From contig CAWABA010000006.1 of NCBI GenBank assembly GCA_963780185.1, forward strand, positions 384,001-448,000: DNA of 64,000 nt. Direction: 5' to 3'. Under the pieces are notes generated by a model, which saw only the letters and a list, made by a program, of their open reading frames with translations, did not search any database and was not told the origin of the DNA. Below, one piece after another: positions 32,029 to 41,166 of this stretch. The stretch comes from Candidatus Bathyarchaeota archaeon. GTDB taxonomy: Archaea; Thermoproteota; Bathyarchaeia; Bathyarchaeales; Bathycorpusculaceae. The translations under genes were made by a program, and so were the position numbers. Each line of letters starts with the position of its first letter. Within the stretch, counting starts at the first letter, position 1.

Positions 32029-32172
32029 TTAATATCGGCGTGGTGGTCTTCGTTTTGAATAGCACTCACGGCAGTATACTGGCCTGCTTCCGTCTGGTTT
32101 GAAAGGAACTTCGCATTCTTTTCCGCAGTCCGCGCAGGTTGCCTTGTGCATCTCTTTGCTTCCGTATGACAT
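32029..32172 (-). CDS. CxxC-x17-CxxC zinc-ribbon domain protein (47 aa; not in ORF track)
   Basis: MSYGSKEMHKATCADCGKECEVPFKPDGSRPVYCRECYSKRRPPRRY. Confidence 0.92.
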   Translation of the reverse strand: MSYGSKEMHKATCADCGKECEVPFKPDGSRPVYCRECYSKRRPPRRY

Positions 32173-32607
32173 TTTGTTTTTTCACTTCCTATTACGTTAT
32201 TTTGCAAATCTCTTTGCACGCTTGCCTAATGTGGAACTGGTTATAAAGTCTATCCGTTGACGAAGCGTAAGAGGCTCATTCGCCCCGTGTATCGTTCCGG
32301 TTGCACTCCGCTTTCGGGCGGTATTCCACTTTTTTGGTTCGCTGCTTATGGTGTTTTTCACATTCTTTTACCCTGACAAGCATCCACTCGTTTTCCTCAT
32401 AAACACAGCCGCAAAGCAAAGTCTTAGTCGTCAAAACCATCCATCTCCAACAACGCGAGCAAAGCCAATAAGAAATAGGAAACGCAACTCATAACGATTC
32501 CCCTCCAAACCAACAGAACAAGCCATGCAAACGCGCCTTTTTCCCCTCAAATCTTCTGGTTTGCCGCACAACCTAAATAAACCAATTTTTCCAATCCAAC
32601 GTTCATC

Positions 32608-33279
32608 ATGAACTTCGAGAATGTAGTACTGCCTGATTCTGTGGGTTTCCGATGCGTAAGCTGCGGAGTTTGCTGCCGCATGCAGCCGCCTGACATAGAC
32701 AGGGCTGAGCAGAAACGGATAGAGGCAAAAGGCTTCAAAAACTTCGCTGAGTCTCCTGACGAAGGCGGGATTCGTTGGATTCGCAGAAAAAAAGACGACA
32801 GCTGCCACTTCTTAGATAACAACAACAAATGCGCAATCTACAACGTGAGGCCAGCGGCTTGCCGATTGGAGCCATTCACCATAGCCGACTACGATTACGA
32901 GAAAAACCGCATAGAGGTGGAACTGAACTTTCCATTTTCTAGTTGCTGCGCAGGGACTTGTGACGGAAAAGAAATAGTCTCCGTTAAAGAAATCGCGAAA
33001 GCCGCTCAAGCGATGTTGCAGAAAATTTTGGCGGTAACCGCTATGGACTTGGATCTTCCGCTAAATGACAAACGGGTTCACGTCGAAACGCGATCAAGAA
33101 TCCTTCGCAGAAAAATAGAAGCTGCTGACCTGCAGCTTTATGGGCAAGGGCTTAGAATTGGGGCAGGACGCTTCGCTTCAGCTTCTTTCCGTGGGCATCG
33201 GCGACTCATTGTCGGCTTGCGGCGCTTCAATCATTTTTTTCACGGCGGCAATTTGACGTTTTATATCTTCAGTTCCTGA
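32608..33279 (+). CDS. YkgJ family CxxCxxCC Fe-S/Zn cluster protein (true stop may be earlier)
   Basis: FRCVSCGVCC, CHFLD..KCAIYNVRPAACRLEPF. Confidence 0.85.
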   Translation: MNFENVVLPDSVGFRCVSCGVCCRMQPPDIDRAEQKRIEAKGFKNFAESPDEGGIRWIRRKKDDSCHFLDNNNKCAIYNVRPAACRLEPFTIADYDYEKNRIEVELNFPFSSCCAGTCDGKEIVSVKEIAKAAQAMLQKILAVTAMDLDLPLNDKRVHVETRSRILRRKIEAADLQLYGQGLRIGAGRFASASFRGHRRLIVGLRRFNHFFHGGNLTFYIFSS

Positions 33280-33564
33280 CTGGAACGTTTGCAGTGGAAT
33301 TATTTCCCAAGTGTTTTGGCTCCAAAACGGCAAACTATGCATCGTCTTACTCAACTCCTCAGCCGACGGCGACTCAATCAAAATTACCCCTGCTCGTTGA
33401 CCCGCGAACAATCCGCCGACAATTGTCTTCTTTTCTGCCCAATCCGCGAGCATTTGAAGGCCTGGCAAAATCAGTTTTTCCGCAAACATTGCGAAATTTG
33501 ATGGGTTTACCAGACCGCCATAGTCGATGCTTCTGCTTATGACTAAAAACTTCAAAAAACTCAC
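33178..33564 (-). CDS. Dimeric alpha-beta barrel protein (DUF3303/muconolactone isomerase-like)
   Basis: GGLFAGQRAGVILIESPSAEELSKTMHSLPFW...WEIIPL. Confidence 0.65.
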   Translation of the reverse strand: MSFLKFLVISRSIDYGGLVNPSNFAMFAEKLILPGLQMLADWAEKKTIVGGLFAGQRAGVILIESPSAEELSKTMHSLPFWSQNTWEIIPLQTFQSGTEDIKRQIAAVKKMIEAPQADNESPMPTERS

Positions 33565-33709
33565 CTAACAAATCAGTGCAAATCCCGTCACTTAAGCGTA
33601 TGTGACTGTCAAAAAACATCAACAAACTAGCTGGAAATTTGACAACTTTCTGATTTTAGAATTTAACAGGATTGGCTTCGGTTACTTGTTCTTTAAAGAA
33701 ATAGGGAGG

Positions 33710-34255
33710 CTAAGGGTTTCTTGCTCCGCAATGTGGGCACTTATCAAGCGTCTTGTCATAGGTGAACTGGCAGTAGGGACAGCGCACCTTGATTACCTCG
33801 CCGGGCGCTTGGGCGTCAGGTTTCTCTTTTGTTTTCTTGCTGACTTTTAAGTTGAAGAGCTCATTTGCGAAGTCAGTCATGTAACGTGAATGGTCAAAGA
33901 AAACGGTTTGGCTGGCGCCTTGTGCATCGTCAAATTCCATTGCCAGAATGTTGTCTCTTTCTTTGCCGGCTGGTGCCATTGCTCTTTTGATTTTGCCTAT
34001 GGGAATTTCAAACGAGAATTTAGCTGACTTGAAAGCAACCGTGTTTTGCGGATGCGAATACAAAGACAAACTGCCGTTAACTTGATGTTCAGATTTGGGG
34101 TGGCCGCCTATGTATCGGGCGTCAATTTCCAACACCAACTCCTTAACATGCGCTTTGTCAGAAACATGCTCCGCATCAAGATGGCTCAACATCTGGTCCT
34201 CCCCCTTAAACAGCTTACCGCACTTAGGGCACAACACATCTAGATCGTTCTTCAA
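33710..34255 (-). CDS. Protein with C2H2 finger, central PH-like region and C-terminal zinc ribbon
   Basis: CPKCGKLF....M..HL..EH; YIGGHP..GSLSL..FEIPI.KI; KVRCPYC...DKCPHCGA. Confidence 0.7.
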   Translation of the reverse strand: MKNDLDVLCPKCGKLFKGEDQMLSHLDAEHVSDKAHVKELVLEIDARYIGGHPKSEHQVNGSLSLYSHPQNTVAFKSAKFSFEIPIGKIKRAMAPAGKERDNILAMEFDDAQGASQTVFFDHSRYMTDFANELFNLKVSKKTKEKPDAQAPGEVIKVRCPYCQFTYDKTLDKCPHCGARNP

Positions 34256-34402
34256 TGGCCATCACAGTAAACAGTTTCATATTTCCCACTCTTAATATTT
34301 AAAGTAAAATGGGGCGTTGCTTTTCCTAAAAAGCACGTTTTCAGTTTGGGTATAACATTTAAGAGGGCTGATAGTCAATAAATGTTTTATAGGTGTTTTC
34401 GA

Positions 34403-34705
34403 GTGGTTGTTGCCAGATTAGCGAAGTTCTACTTCAAAACTGGAATGCGCGACGAAGGCTTCTCAGTGTTAGATCTTATTTTAAACAAGCTTGTGCGAAG
34501 CGCGAAGGGTTATCAAGGTTATGTTTCGCTGTTTTCATGTGACCAAACCGAAGTTGCCACGATCCTGACAATGTGGGAAGATGATGAATCATATTCAGGC
34601 GCTCAAGAGCTATTCACTTCAACTATTGACAAAGTTGCGCCTTTTTTTGAAAAACAACCTGAAGTGGAACATTACAGAGTTGACACCGTCAACTTCGTTC
34701 AATAG
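34403..34705 (+). CDS. Antibiotic biosynthesis monooxygenase (ABM)-like protein
   Basis: ARLAKFYFKTG.RDE, AKGYQG, LTMWEDDE, PEVEHYRV. Confidence 0.7.
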   Translation: MVVARLAKFYFKTGMRDEGFSVLDLILNKLVRSAKGYQGYVSLFSCDQTEVATILTMWEDDESYSGAQELFTSTIDKVAPFFEKQPEVEHYRVDTVNFVQ

Positions 34706-34941
34706 TTCAGTTTTCAATTAGACTCATCGCGTCCATCTTTGCGGTTACGGCCTACAAGTCCACATTTTATTAGGAATGAGCAGAGCGTCTTGGAATCTAA
34801 ATATTTTTAACACTCGCAATCATTATTATTTTTGAGATTCCATCGGGATTTAGCGGTGATTTTAGGTCGGAATCGGATAATAAGCGATTTAGAGATTTCT
34901 TTTTAGCTTCCGATACCAGTCGCGCTAGACTTGGCTTAGCC

Positions 34942-36585
34942 ATGCTGCTAATCCCGATTGCAGGGTTCCTTGTTAATGATTACACTTTATTTGCATTATC
35001 GCCCATGTTTTTCAGTTTGCTGGTGCTCAGAAGCGGAATGGTCGCCTCCGCTGTTTTCTTGGTCATCTATTTGAGGCAGATAAGAAGTTATGTTACCTAC
35101 GAAAAATCGATAACGATATGGGGCGCTTTCGCCGTTTTTTCGTCTGCAATCATAAACCTTACGCGAACCCGGATTTTTATACCTGACCAAATTGTTGCTG
35201 ACATAATTTTTGTTTTCATTTTGTTCTTGGTTATTCCAAATCGGTTCGTTTATCAAGTTACTTTATCTTTAATTCCCACTCTGAGTCTTGTCGGATTGAT
35301 TATTCTTAACATGGGAACGGCAACGTTGACGGCGCTTCTTGGGCTCTGCTTTGCTTATGTTATCGCTATATCGTGTGCGTGGCAATTGAACATATATCGG
35401 CGGCAGAGTTTTCATGCAACTGTGAATCGTGAGAAAACTGAAGAAGCTCTTCGACAGTCGGAAGAAAGATTCAGGGGTTTAGTTGAGAGCACAAGTGACT
35501 GGATTTGGCAAGTGGATAGAAATGGTGTTTACATTTACGTAAGCCCTAAAGTGACAGAGATTTTAGGTTTTCAACGGCAAGAAGTTCTTGGAAAAACACC
35601 TTTTGACCTAATGCCTAAACAAGAAGCCGAAGGAATAAGAAAAGATTTTGAGGAAATATCAAAAAACAAAAAAGCCTTCTTTGGTTTAGAAAACTGGAAT
35701 ATCCACAAAAATGGAAAACTGGTTTTGTTAGAATCTAGCGGGGTGCCAATTTTAGACAAAGAAGGACATCTTCTCGGCTACAGGGGTATTGACCGAGACA
35801 TTACTGAACGAAAGAAAGCTGAACAAGAATTGGCGCAGTCAAAGGTCAAGCTGCAAGAGTACGCCACCGACCTTCAGAAGCTTGTAGAACTACGGACCAA
35901 GCAACTGCAAAATTCCGAACGGTTGGCGGCTATTGGTCAAACGGCAGGAATGGTTGGACATGATATTCGTAATCCCTTGCAGGCTATTGCCGGAGATTTG
36001 TACCTTATAGATAATGATGTAGCTTCCCTAAACGATAGTGAAACCAAGAAAAGCCTACAGGAAAGCGTAGAGAGCATTCAAAGCAATTTGATGTATATTG
36101 CCAAGATTGTTGAAGATTTGCAAGACTATGCTCGCCCCTTGAAACCTAATTTGGAGCAGGTAAGAATCGATAAAGTGATTGAGCAGGTCATGCTTATCGT
36201 ACCCGTTACACCTAACCACCAGGTTATTCTTAATGTAGAAAGAGACCTTCCAGCATTCACCTGCGATTTTCTAATGCTAAAACGTGTTATGACTAATTTA
36301 GTGCAAAATGCACTTCAAGCCATGCCGAGCGGTGGTCGATTAACAATTCAAGCGTACCGCAAGAATGCGAGCATTTTTGTTGCTGTAAAAGACACGGGGG
36401 TTGGTATTCCTGAAGAGTTTAAACCAAAAATCTTCATGCCTATGATGACTACTAAAGCAAAAGGTCAAGGGTTAGGGTTGGCGGTAGTCAAGCGGCTTGT
36501 TGAAGCATTAAACGGAACAATAAGCTTCGAAAGCCAAGAAGGCAAAGGAACAACATTCACAATTGAGTTTCCATTAGCCAGTTGA
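34942..36585 (+). CDS. Membrane PAS/PAC sensor histidine kinase (frame is open upstream of the annotated ATG)
   Basis: TM region, SEERFRGLVESTSDWIW PAS, GHDIRNPL H-box, NLVQNA, DTGVGI, GQGLGL. Confidence 0.93.
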   Translation: MLLIPIAGFLVNDYTLFALSPMFFSLLVLRSGMVASAVFLVIYLRQIRSYVTYEKSITIWGAFAVFSSAIINLTRTRIFIPDQIVADIIFVFILFLVIPNRFVYQVTLSLIPTLSLVGLIILNMGTATLTALLGLCFAYVIAISCAWQLNIYRRQSFHATVNREKTEEALRQSEERFRGLVESTSDWIWQVDRNGVYIYVSPKVTEILGFQRQEVLGKTPFDLMPKQEAEGIRKDFEEISKNKKAFFGLENWNIHKNGKLVLLESSGVPILDKEGHLLGYRGIDRDITERKKAEQELAQSKVKLQEYATDLQKLVELRTKQLQNSERLAAIGQTAGMVGHDIRNPLQAIAGDLYLIDNDVASLNDSETKKSLQESVESIQSNLMYIAKIVEDLQDYARPLKPNLEQVRIDKVIEQVMLIVPVTPNHQVILNVERDLPAFTCDFLMLKRVMTNLVQNALQAMPSGGRLTIQAYRKNASIFVAVKDTGVGIPEEFKPKIFMPMMTTKAKGQGLGLAVVKRLVEALNGTISFESQEGKGTTFTIEFPLAS

Positions 36586-36603
36586 GAACCTTAAGCAACC
36601 GCT

Positions 36604-36927
36604 TTATTTTCTATTCTCTTTTTCTTCGGCGTTCATCTCAGCAATTCGCCGCTCTAACTCTTCTGCCTCTCGTCTGACTCCTTTATCCAGCGCCCGCTTC
36701 GCACTGACAGCCAAAACATAAGCGATCGATAAAAGAAAAGGGATAAACAACGCTAACGTAGCTAGCCCAAGATAGTAAATTTCGTAGTGGAAAATTAAAT
36801 TCAGCCCCCAATACAGACTCAGCGTGACGAAAAAAGCTGCTGAAAAAGTGATGCAGGTAATATCGAAGATTTTCCCAACTGGCATTCTCAGGTCCATCTT
36901 AAGCAGCCCAAACAAGATTCCTTTCAC
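36604..36927 (-). CDS. Small two-TM hypothetical protein
   Basis: Two hydrophobic helices and a charged helical tail. Confidence 0.55.
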   Translation of the reverse strand: MKGILFGLLKMDLRMPVGKIFDITCITFSAAFFVTLSLYWGLNLIFHYEIYYLGLATLALFIPFLLSIAYVLAVSAKRALDKGVRREAEELERRIAEMNAEEKENRK

Positions 36928-37194
36928 TAAGTATAAAAATTTTGGCTTAGCAGTATTGCCAACATCTATTTTATGAGCCTTCAGACTGATTAGCTACGGG
37001 TTCGTCTATAAAGCAATTGGTTTGCTTCAGGTGCCAGCTAGGAAGCGGGCGTTGACGTTGGAGTTAATGTTGAAAGAGATGGACAAAAAGCGGTTAAATT
37101 ATGGCAAAATATGCGGCTTCTCGACTGCCAAAGCAATTCCAGTTGTGAAGGCTTGCATAAGTTATTTGAACAACTAGCTACACATGTGTTGCCT

Positions 37195-37443
37195 ATGAAC
37201 AAATCAGAAGCTTTAGCGGTTTTGAACGAGATTCGTGATGCCTTAAAGAACTCGGAGGTTTTAAACTGTGTTTTCCTCGATGGCTCACAGGTATCCCACG
37301 TATCAACTGGGGGGTACGAAATAAAGATAAAATGTGAATTCGACAGCGTTTCAAGAGATGCCGTAAGCGGCATACTGAAAAGATATGAGCTGTACCTGAA
37401 GGAACAAAATGGCTACGTGATTTTTCGTTCTCTCAAAGACTAA
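37195..37443 (+). CDS. Small alpha/beta hypothetical protein, probable paralog of 31305-31550
   Basis: MNKSEALAVLNEI...GGYEIKIK...ILKRYEL...GYVIF. Confidence 0.7.
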   Translation: MNKSEALAVLNEIRDALKNSEVLNCVFLDGSQVSHVSTGGYEIKIKCEFDSVSRDAVSGILKRYELYLKEQNGYVIFRSLKD

Positions 37444-37518
37444 TGCGAACTGAAGAGCAGCCTCGCCTTTTTTTGTTCCCTTACGTAGGAAATGGATTTA
37501 TTTTAGATTAAACAGTTT

Positions 37519-37992
37519 TTAGCTATGTCCCGTTCCGATAAGATTTCCAACGTCAAAACCTTTTGATTTGGCGAATTGCGTTAACTCCGCGAATAATGCA
37601 TTATCCATTTCGGGTTTTCTGCTTAATATCCATAGATACGTGCGGTTTGGTGTGCCTACAACAGAATATTCGTAGTATTCGCCCAATTTGATAATCCAGT
37701 AGTCGCCGTAGAATGGCCAGAAAAATTTTACTTTGAGCTTTGCGTTAGTCGTTTTATCAACAATTTTTGCTTTGCCTCTTGCCCGTTTCACTTTGCCGTT
37801 TTTTGTGCACTCGTTGAGTACAGAAATAGCGCCATTAGCTAACAGGGTGTAAGTTGCGGTCGTTTCATTGCAGCCTTCTTGAAATTTAAATGGAAGGTGT
37901 GCAAGCTCATACCATTTGCCCAAGTATCTGCTCAGGTCTACATGCGGCACAACTTCAAGAGCAGGGTAGTCATTTTTAGTCAAATGGTTCAC
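37519..37992 (-). CDS. Blc-like lipocalin
   Basis: VDLSRYLGKWYELA, LKVKFFWPFYGDYWII, YLWILSRKP. Confidence 0.92.
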   Translation of the reverse strand: MNHLTKNDYPALEVVPHVDLSRYLGKWYELAHLPFKFQEGCNETTATYTLLANGAISVLNECTKNGKVKRARGKAKIVDKTTNAKLKVKFFWPFYGDYWIIKLGEYYEYSVVGTPNRTYLWILSRKPEMDNALFAELTQFAKSKGFDVGNLIGTGHS

Positions 37993-38090
37993 TCAATAAT
38001 GAAGCAAGTATATCCGCACTTTTAACTTTTCTTTCGTGGTTGATGGCTCGCTTCGCAAAAAGCGAGTGCTTGCTTGTGAGAAGGGTAGCC

Positions 38091-39140
38091 TTAGGAAGTT
38101 GTAGTATCTAAATGAGGTGTACTCTCAGTCTGAGGTGCCGGGCTATTTTGACTTTTTGTCTTCTTAAGGAAATATACTGCAAATGCGACCACGATAACTA
38201 TTATTGCAACAACGATACCGATAACCAAGGCTTGGTTGTTTCCCCCTTGTTTTGCTGGATTGCCAGGAGTAGCAGTGGTAGTACCAGTGAGAGTGGCAGT
38301 CGGATTACTTGATTGACCAGGTGAAGTTGATGCAGCGGAGGGTGAAGGAGACGACGATGCTTCAGGTGACGAACTAGCGCTGGCGGTTGGCTGGGGATTA
38401 ACTGTAATTGTGCTTGTGGTGGCATTTACGAGTGGAAAAGCTTTGTTTATAACTGTGATAGTTTGTAAACCAGCGGTTGGAAGAGTAATGTTGAAAACGC
38501 CCACACCATTGACTAAGTCACTGGGGAGACCTTGGTTTGGAAAAATTGCTTGACTATCACTTGAGTCAAAGCTAAGCGCATTTCCGTAACCTGAATTTCC
38601 AAGGCTCGTTTGAACATTGTTTGATGCATCCAATGCTGAGACACTGACGCTGACTGATTGGTTTGCAACAATAGTTGTAGGTGTAACCGATATGTCGAAG
38701 TGAATTGGAGAAACTGTGACAGCCAATGTGCCCGTGACGGTTATTATCGTATTGTCGGTCACTGTGATTGTTTGTGAACCAGGAGTTCCAAAATAAAATG
38801 TGCAGGTGCCAACACCGTTGCTATTAATGGTTATAGTGGTATTTGTTGGCTTAATTGCATTTGGATCAGTCGATGTTAAATTGACACTGCCACCTGATGA
38901 GACAGTGTTGTTGAGAGCGTCTTTTGCTTGTATGATTAAGTTATAGGCTGTGCCTTGATTCACCGGTGCGGGATTTTGCAAAAGGTAGAGGTAGTAATTT
39001 GTTAGGGGTCCTGGCGCTGCCTTAACCGCTACGTTCCCAAAGCACATAAAAGAAACAAAAAGTAAAGTTACAAACGTCAAACTAACAATCTTTGAATACT
39101 TCAAACTGCTCCCCTTGCTTGATAGTATCGCCTGTTCCAT
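38091..39140 (-). CDS. Cell-surface protein with two Ig-like repeats, Ser/Thr linker and C-terminal TM anchor
   Basis: Repeated A.DA.NN...GVG.F...T.G.QTITV; SSPEASSSPSP linker; hydrophobic helix followed by KK. Confidence 0.8.
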   Translation of the reverse strand: MEQAILSSKGSSLKYSKIVSLTFVTLLFVSFMCFGNVAVKAAPGPLTNYYLYLLQNPAPVNQGTAYNLIIQAKDALNNTVSSGGSVNLTSTDPNAIKPTNTTITINSNGVGTCTFYFGTPGSQTITVTDNTIITVTGTLAVTVSPIHFDISVTPTTIVANQSVSVSVSALDASNNVQTSLGNSGYGNALSFDSSDSQAIFPNQGLPSDLVNGVGVFNITLPTAGLQTITVINKAFPLVNATTSTITVNPQPTASASSSPEASSSPSPSAASTSPGQSSNPTATLTGTTTATPGNPAKQGGNNQALVIGIVVAIIVIVVAFAVYFLKKTKSQNSPAPQTESTPHLDTTTS

Positions 39141-39371
39141 TTTTAAAGCTTGCTTGATTGGCCAAATAACATTTCATAAAGCCTATCACACTAAGCCCCT
39201 ATGCCTCTTAAGGCAGCGAGATGGCTTTTAGAATCAAAAGTTGGACCGGCGTGTTGGTTGAAACCGCATTTGGGCTTAGTAATTCTTTACTATCTTCAAC
39301 CATCTTCCTAACTTCCTATTGCTGCTATCTAGTTATAAATCTTTAGAATCTCTAATTTTTCAAAATCATGG

Positions 39372-39932
39372 CTAACTTAGCTGAACTACAGTAACTTCGT
39401 TCCCATATAGAGTTGGTGTTCTAGATTCATATTGTGAAGAAATAATGATCACTATAGAAACGCTCTCATGCGGTGATAATGTAGAAAGAGTAAGTTGCTG
39501 GTTGTTGGGGTACGAACCTGAAACAATTGGTACTGTAATATCAATCAAGGTTTCAGGACCACCTTGAATGAAGGGGTAACCGAACGAGTATGCGTGTAAC
39601 CCTACATTGTGCAAGATATTTGGGCTGATATTAGTGACGTTCCCGCTTATTACAAGAACCCCTGCTTGTGGGAGAATATCAAGGTTTGTAGAAATTATTG
39701 TTGACGGCACTTCAGTATATCCTTGGGGAGGTGGTCTTGTTGTTGGGTTGGACGTTGGTTTTGCTGTGAGATAAGTAGTTGGCTGTAATGTTGGATTTAG
39801 AGTTGCGGTTGGTTGAGGTAAATTTGATGACTCAATTGGTTTTAAGTTCTCTATTTCAATTTGTTGATAAACCAATACCAAAATAACCGCTGTAAAAACG
39901 ATGACTAAAACAACTTTTGCTATTTTATTCAT
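39372..39932 (-). CDS. Membrane-anchored exported protein with Pro/Thr linker and beta-sandwich domain
   Basis: N-terminal TM, PTATLNPT linker, ISGNVTN. Confidence 0.65.
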   Translation of the reverse strand: MNKIAKVVLVIVFTAVILVLVYQQIEIENLKPIESSNLPQPTATLNPTLQPTTYLTAKPTSNPTTRPPPQGYTEVPSTIISTNLDILPQAGVLVISGNVTNISPNILHNVGLHAYSFGYPFIQGGPETLIDITVPIVSGSYPNNQQLTLSTLSPHESVSIVIIISSQYESRTPTLYGNEVTVVQLS

Positions 39933-40155
39933 CGGTCAGTCGTTATTTTATGGCGCCGTAGCGAATATATGGTTTGTTCTGGTAAACGCTATTTTGAAAA
40001 TTTCTCTATATATTCCTTAAGATAAGAAAGGGGACTAGGAGTCATATGCTTTTTACGCTGAATCTTTTTTAGAAAAATTGTTCTGTACGACAGAGTCCTT
40101 GCTTGCGAGGAAGGTGCCCTTTATGGGATACCGCGAATTTTTAGAAATCAGAAGT

Positions 40156-40472
40156 TGGGCTGGTGTGCTGGCAGTAACCCGCCTTCTGTTGTTGTGGCAT
40201 TCGGCTAATCGGGCTACCCGCGCCTTGGGTAGATTCCTCATCGGCGACTGTTTGCCCTTTCCACTTGCAGGACGGCCGTTTCACCGCTTCCAAGCTGGCG
40301 CACTCAGCGTCACAAACGCGTCATCGCCTGTCCAACTGGACGTTTCGTTTCTGCTCCGTTGCCAACGCTCTCGCGTTGCCCCTTGTGGGAGCTGCAATTC
40401 TACACGTGGGCGGAGTTTCCTCAGACCCAGCATTTTTTGGGTCCGAAAGCCACACACCAACTCGCCAGCCCA
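40156..40472 (-). ncRNA. rnpB: RNase P RNA
   Basis: Minus strand has GAGGAAACTCC near the 5' end and ACAGAAGGCGGGTTA near the 3' end, GCAGAAAC/GGTGAAACGGCC internally, and a terminal stem GGGCTGG/CCAGCCC. Confidence 0.93.
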
Positions 40473-40630
40473 CCACAGAATGCGCAGGCGCAAGCAATAA
40501 GAATTTCTACGTTCAAAAAAGCAAGAAATAGACAGCGCGCTGCCTTTTCAAGGGTGCTTCGTCCTTACTGCTCGCGCGGTGTTAAAGTGAGATGGGCTTT
40601 TCTTGGGAACGCGTCGGTGACCAATCAGCC

Positions 40631-41026
40631 TTAAGGAGTGGTCATTGGCGGCATCATGCTGCTCATTAATTCAGTCATGGCGGGCACAGACATAGGATCA
40701 TCTTCCACGATCTTCCCATTGGCGAGACGATAATATGTGATAACTCGACCAGTGACTTTGTTCCCGTTGGCAAGGGTCACGTTTAATTTGCCTCTGAAAA
40801 CGACGGAATCTCCTTCAGCGATTAGATCCTCGATTTCAAATTCCATCACAGCCCCAGCCGAATTCATGTTAGAAATTATCGCTTTGAAGCCAGCTTTATC
40901 GGCATTGCCCATGGCTCGGTTCACATAATTTGGCGCAACCAAGTTGTCTAATTGGACGATGTTTTGTCCCATTAAAACCTCTTTGATAAATTGACGAACT
41001 ACAGCTTTGTTCTCATTTGTTGACAT
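40631..41026 (-). CDS. SnoaL-like/ester cyclase NTF2-fold protein
   Basis: NENKAVVRQF, IEDLIAEGDSVV, YRLANGKIVE. Confidence 0.85.
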   Translation of the reverse strand: MSTNENKAVVRQFIKEVLMGQNIVQLDNLVAPNYVNRAMGNADKAGFKAIISNMNSAGAVMEFEIEDLIAEGDSVVFRGKLNVTLANGNKVTGRVITYYRLANGKIVEDDPMSVPAMTELMSSMMPPMTTP

Positions 41027-41166
41027 TCTGGATTCTCCTTTGCTTCAAAAATGTGGGCACGCTAATAAGGGTATGTTGGTGTGAAGTTGCAGTCACAATT
41101 TAGAGGCAAAATGGCACGATTTAGCTAATTGCCACAATTTAAGATAATAAGAATATTGAGCCCCTG

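Noticed and set aside
32016-32219. 67-aa ORF from the track
   Set aside because: Wrong frame; the real gene is the 47-aa CxxC-x17-CxxC protein at 32029-32172
40053-40634. Several overlapping ORFs (40078-40500 and others)
   Set aside because: They are shadows of the GC-rich RNase P RNA gene
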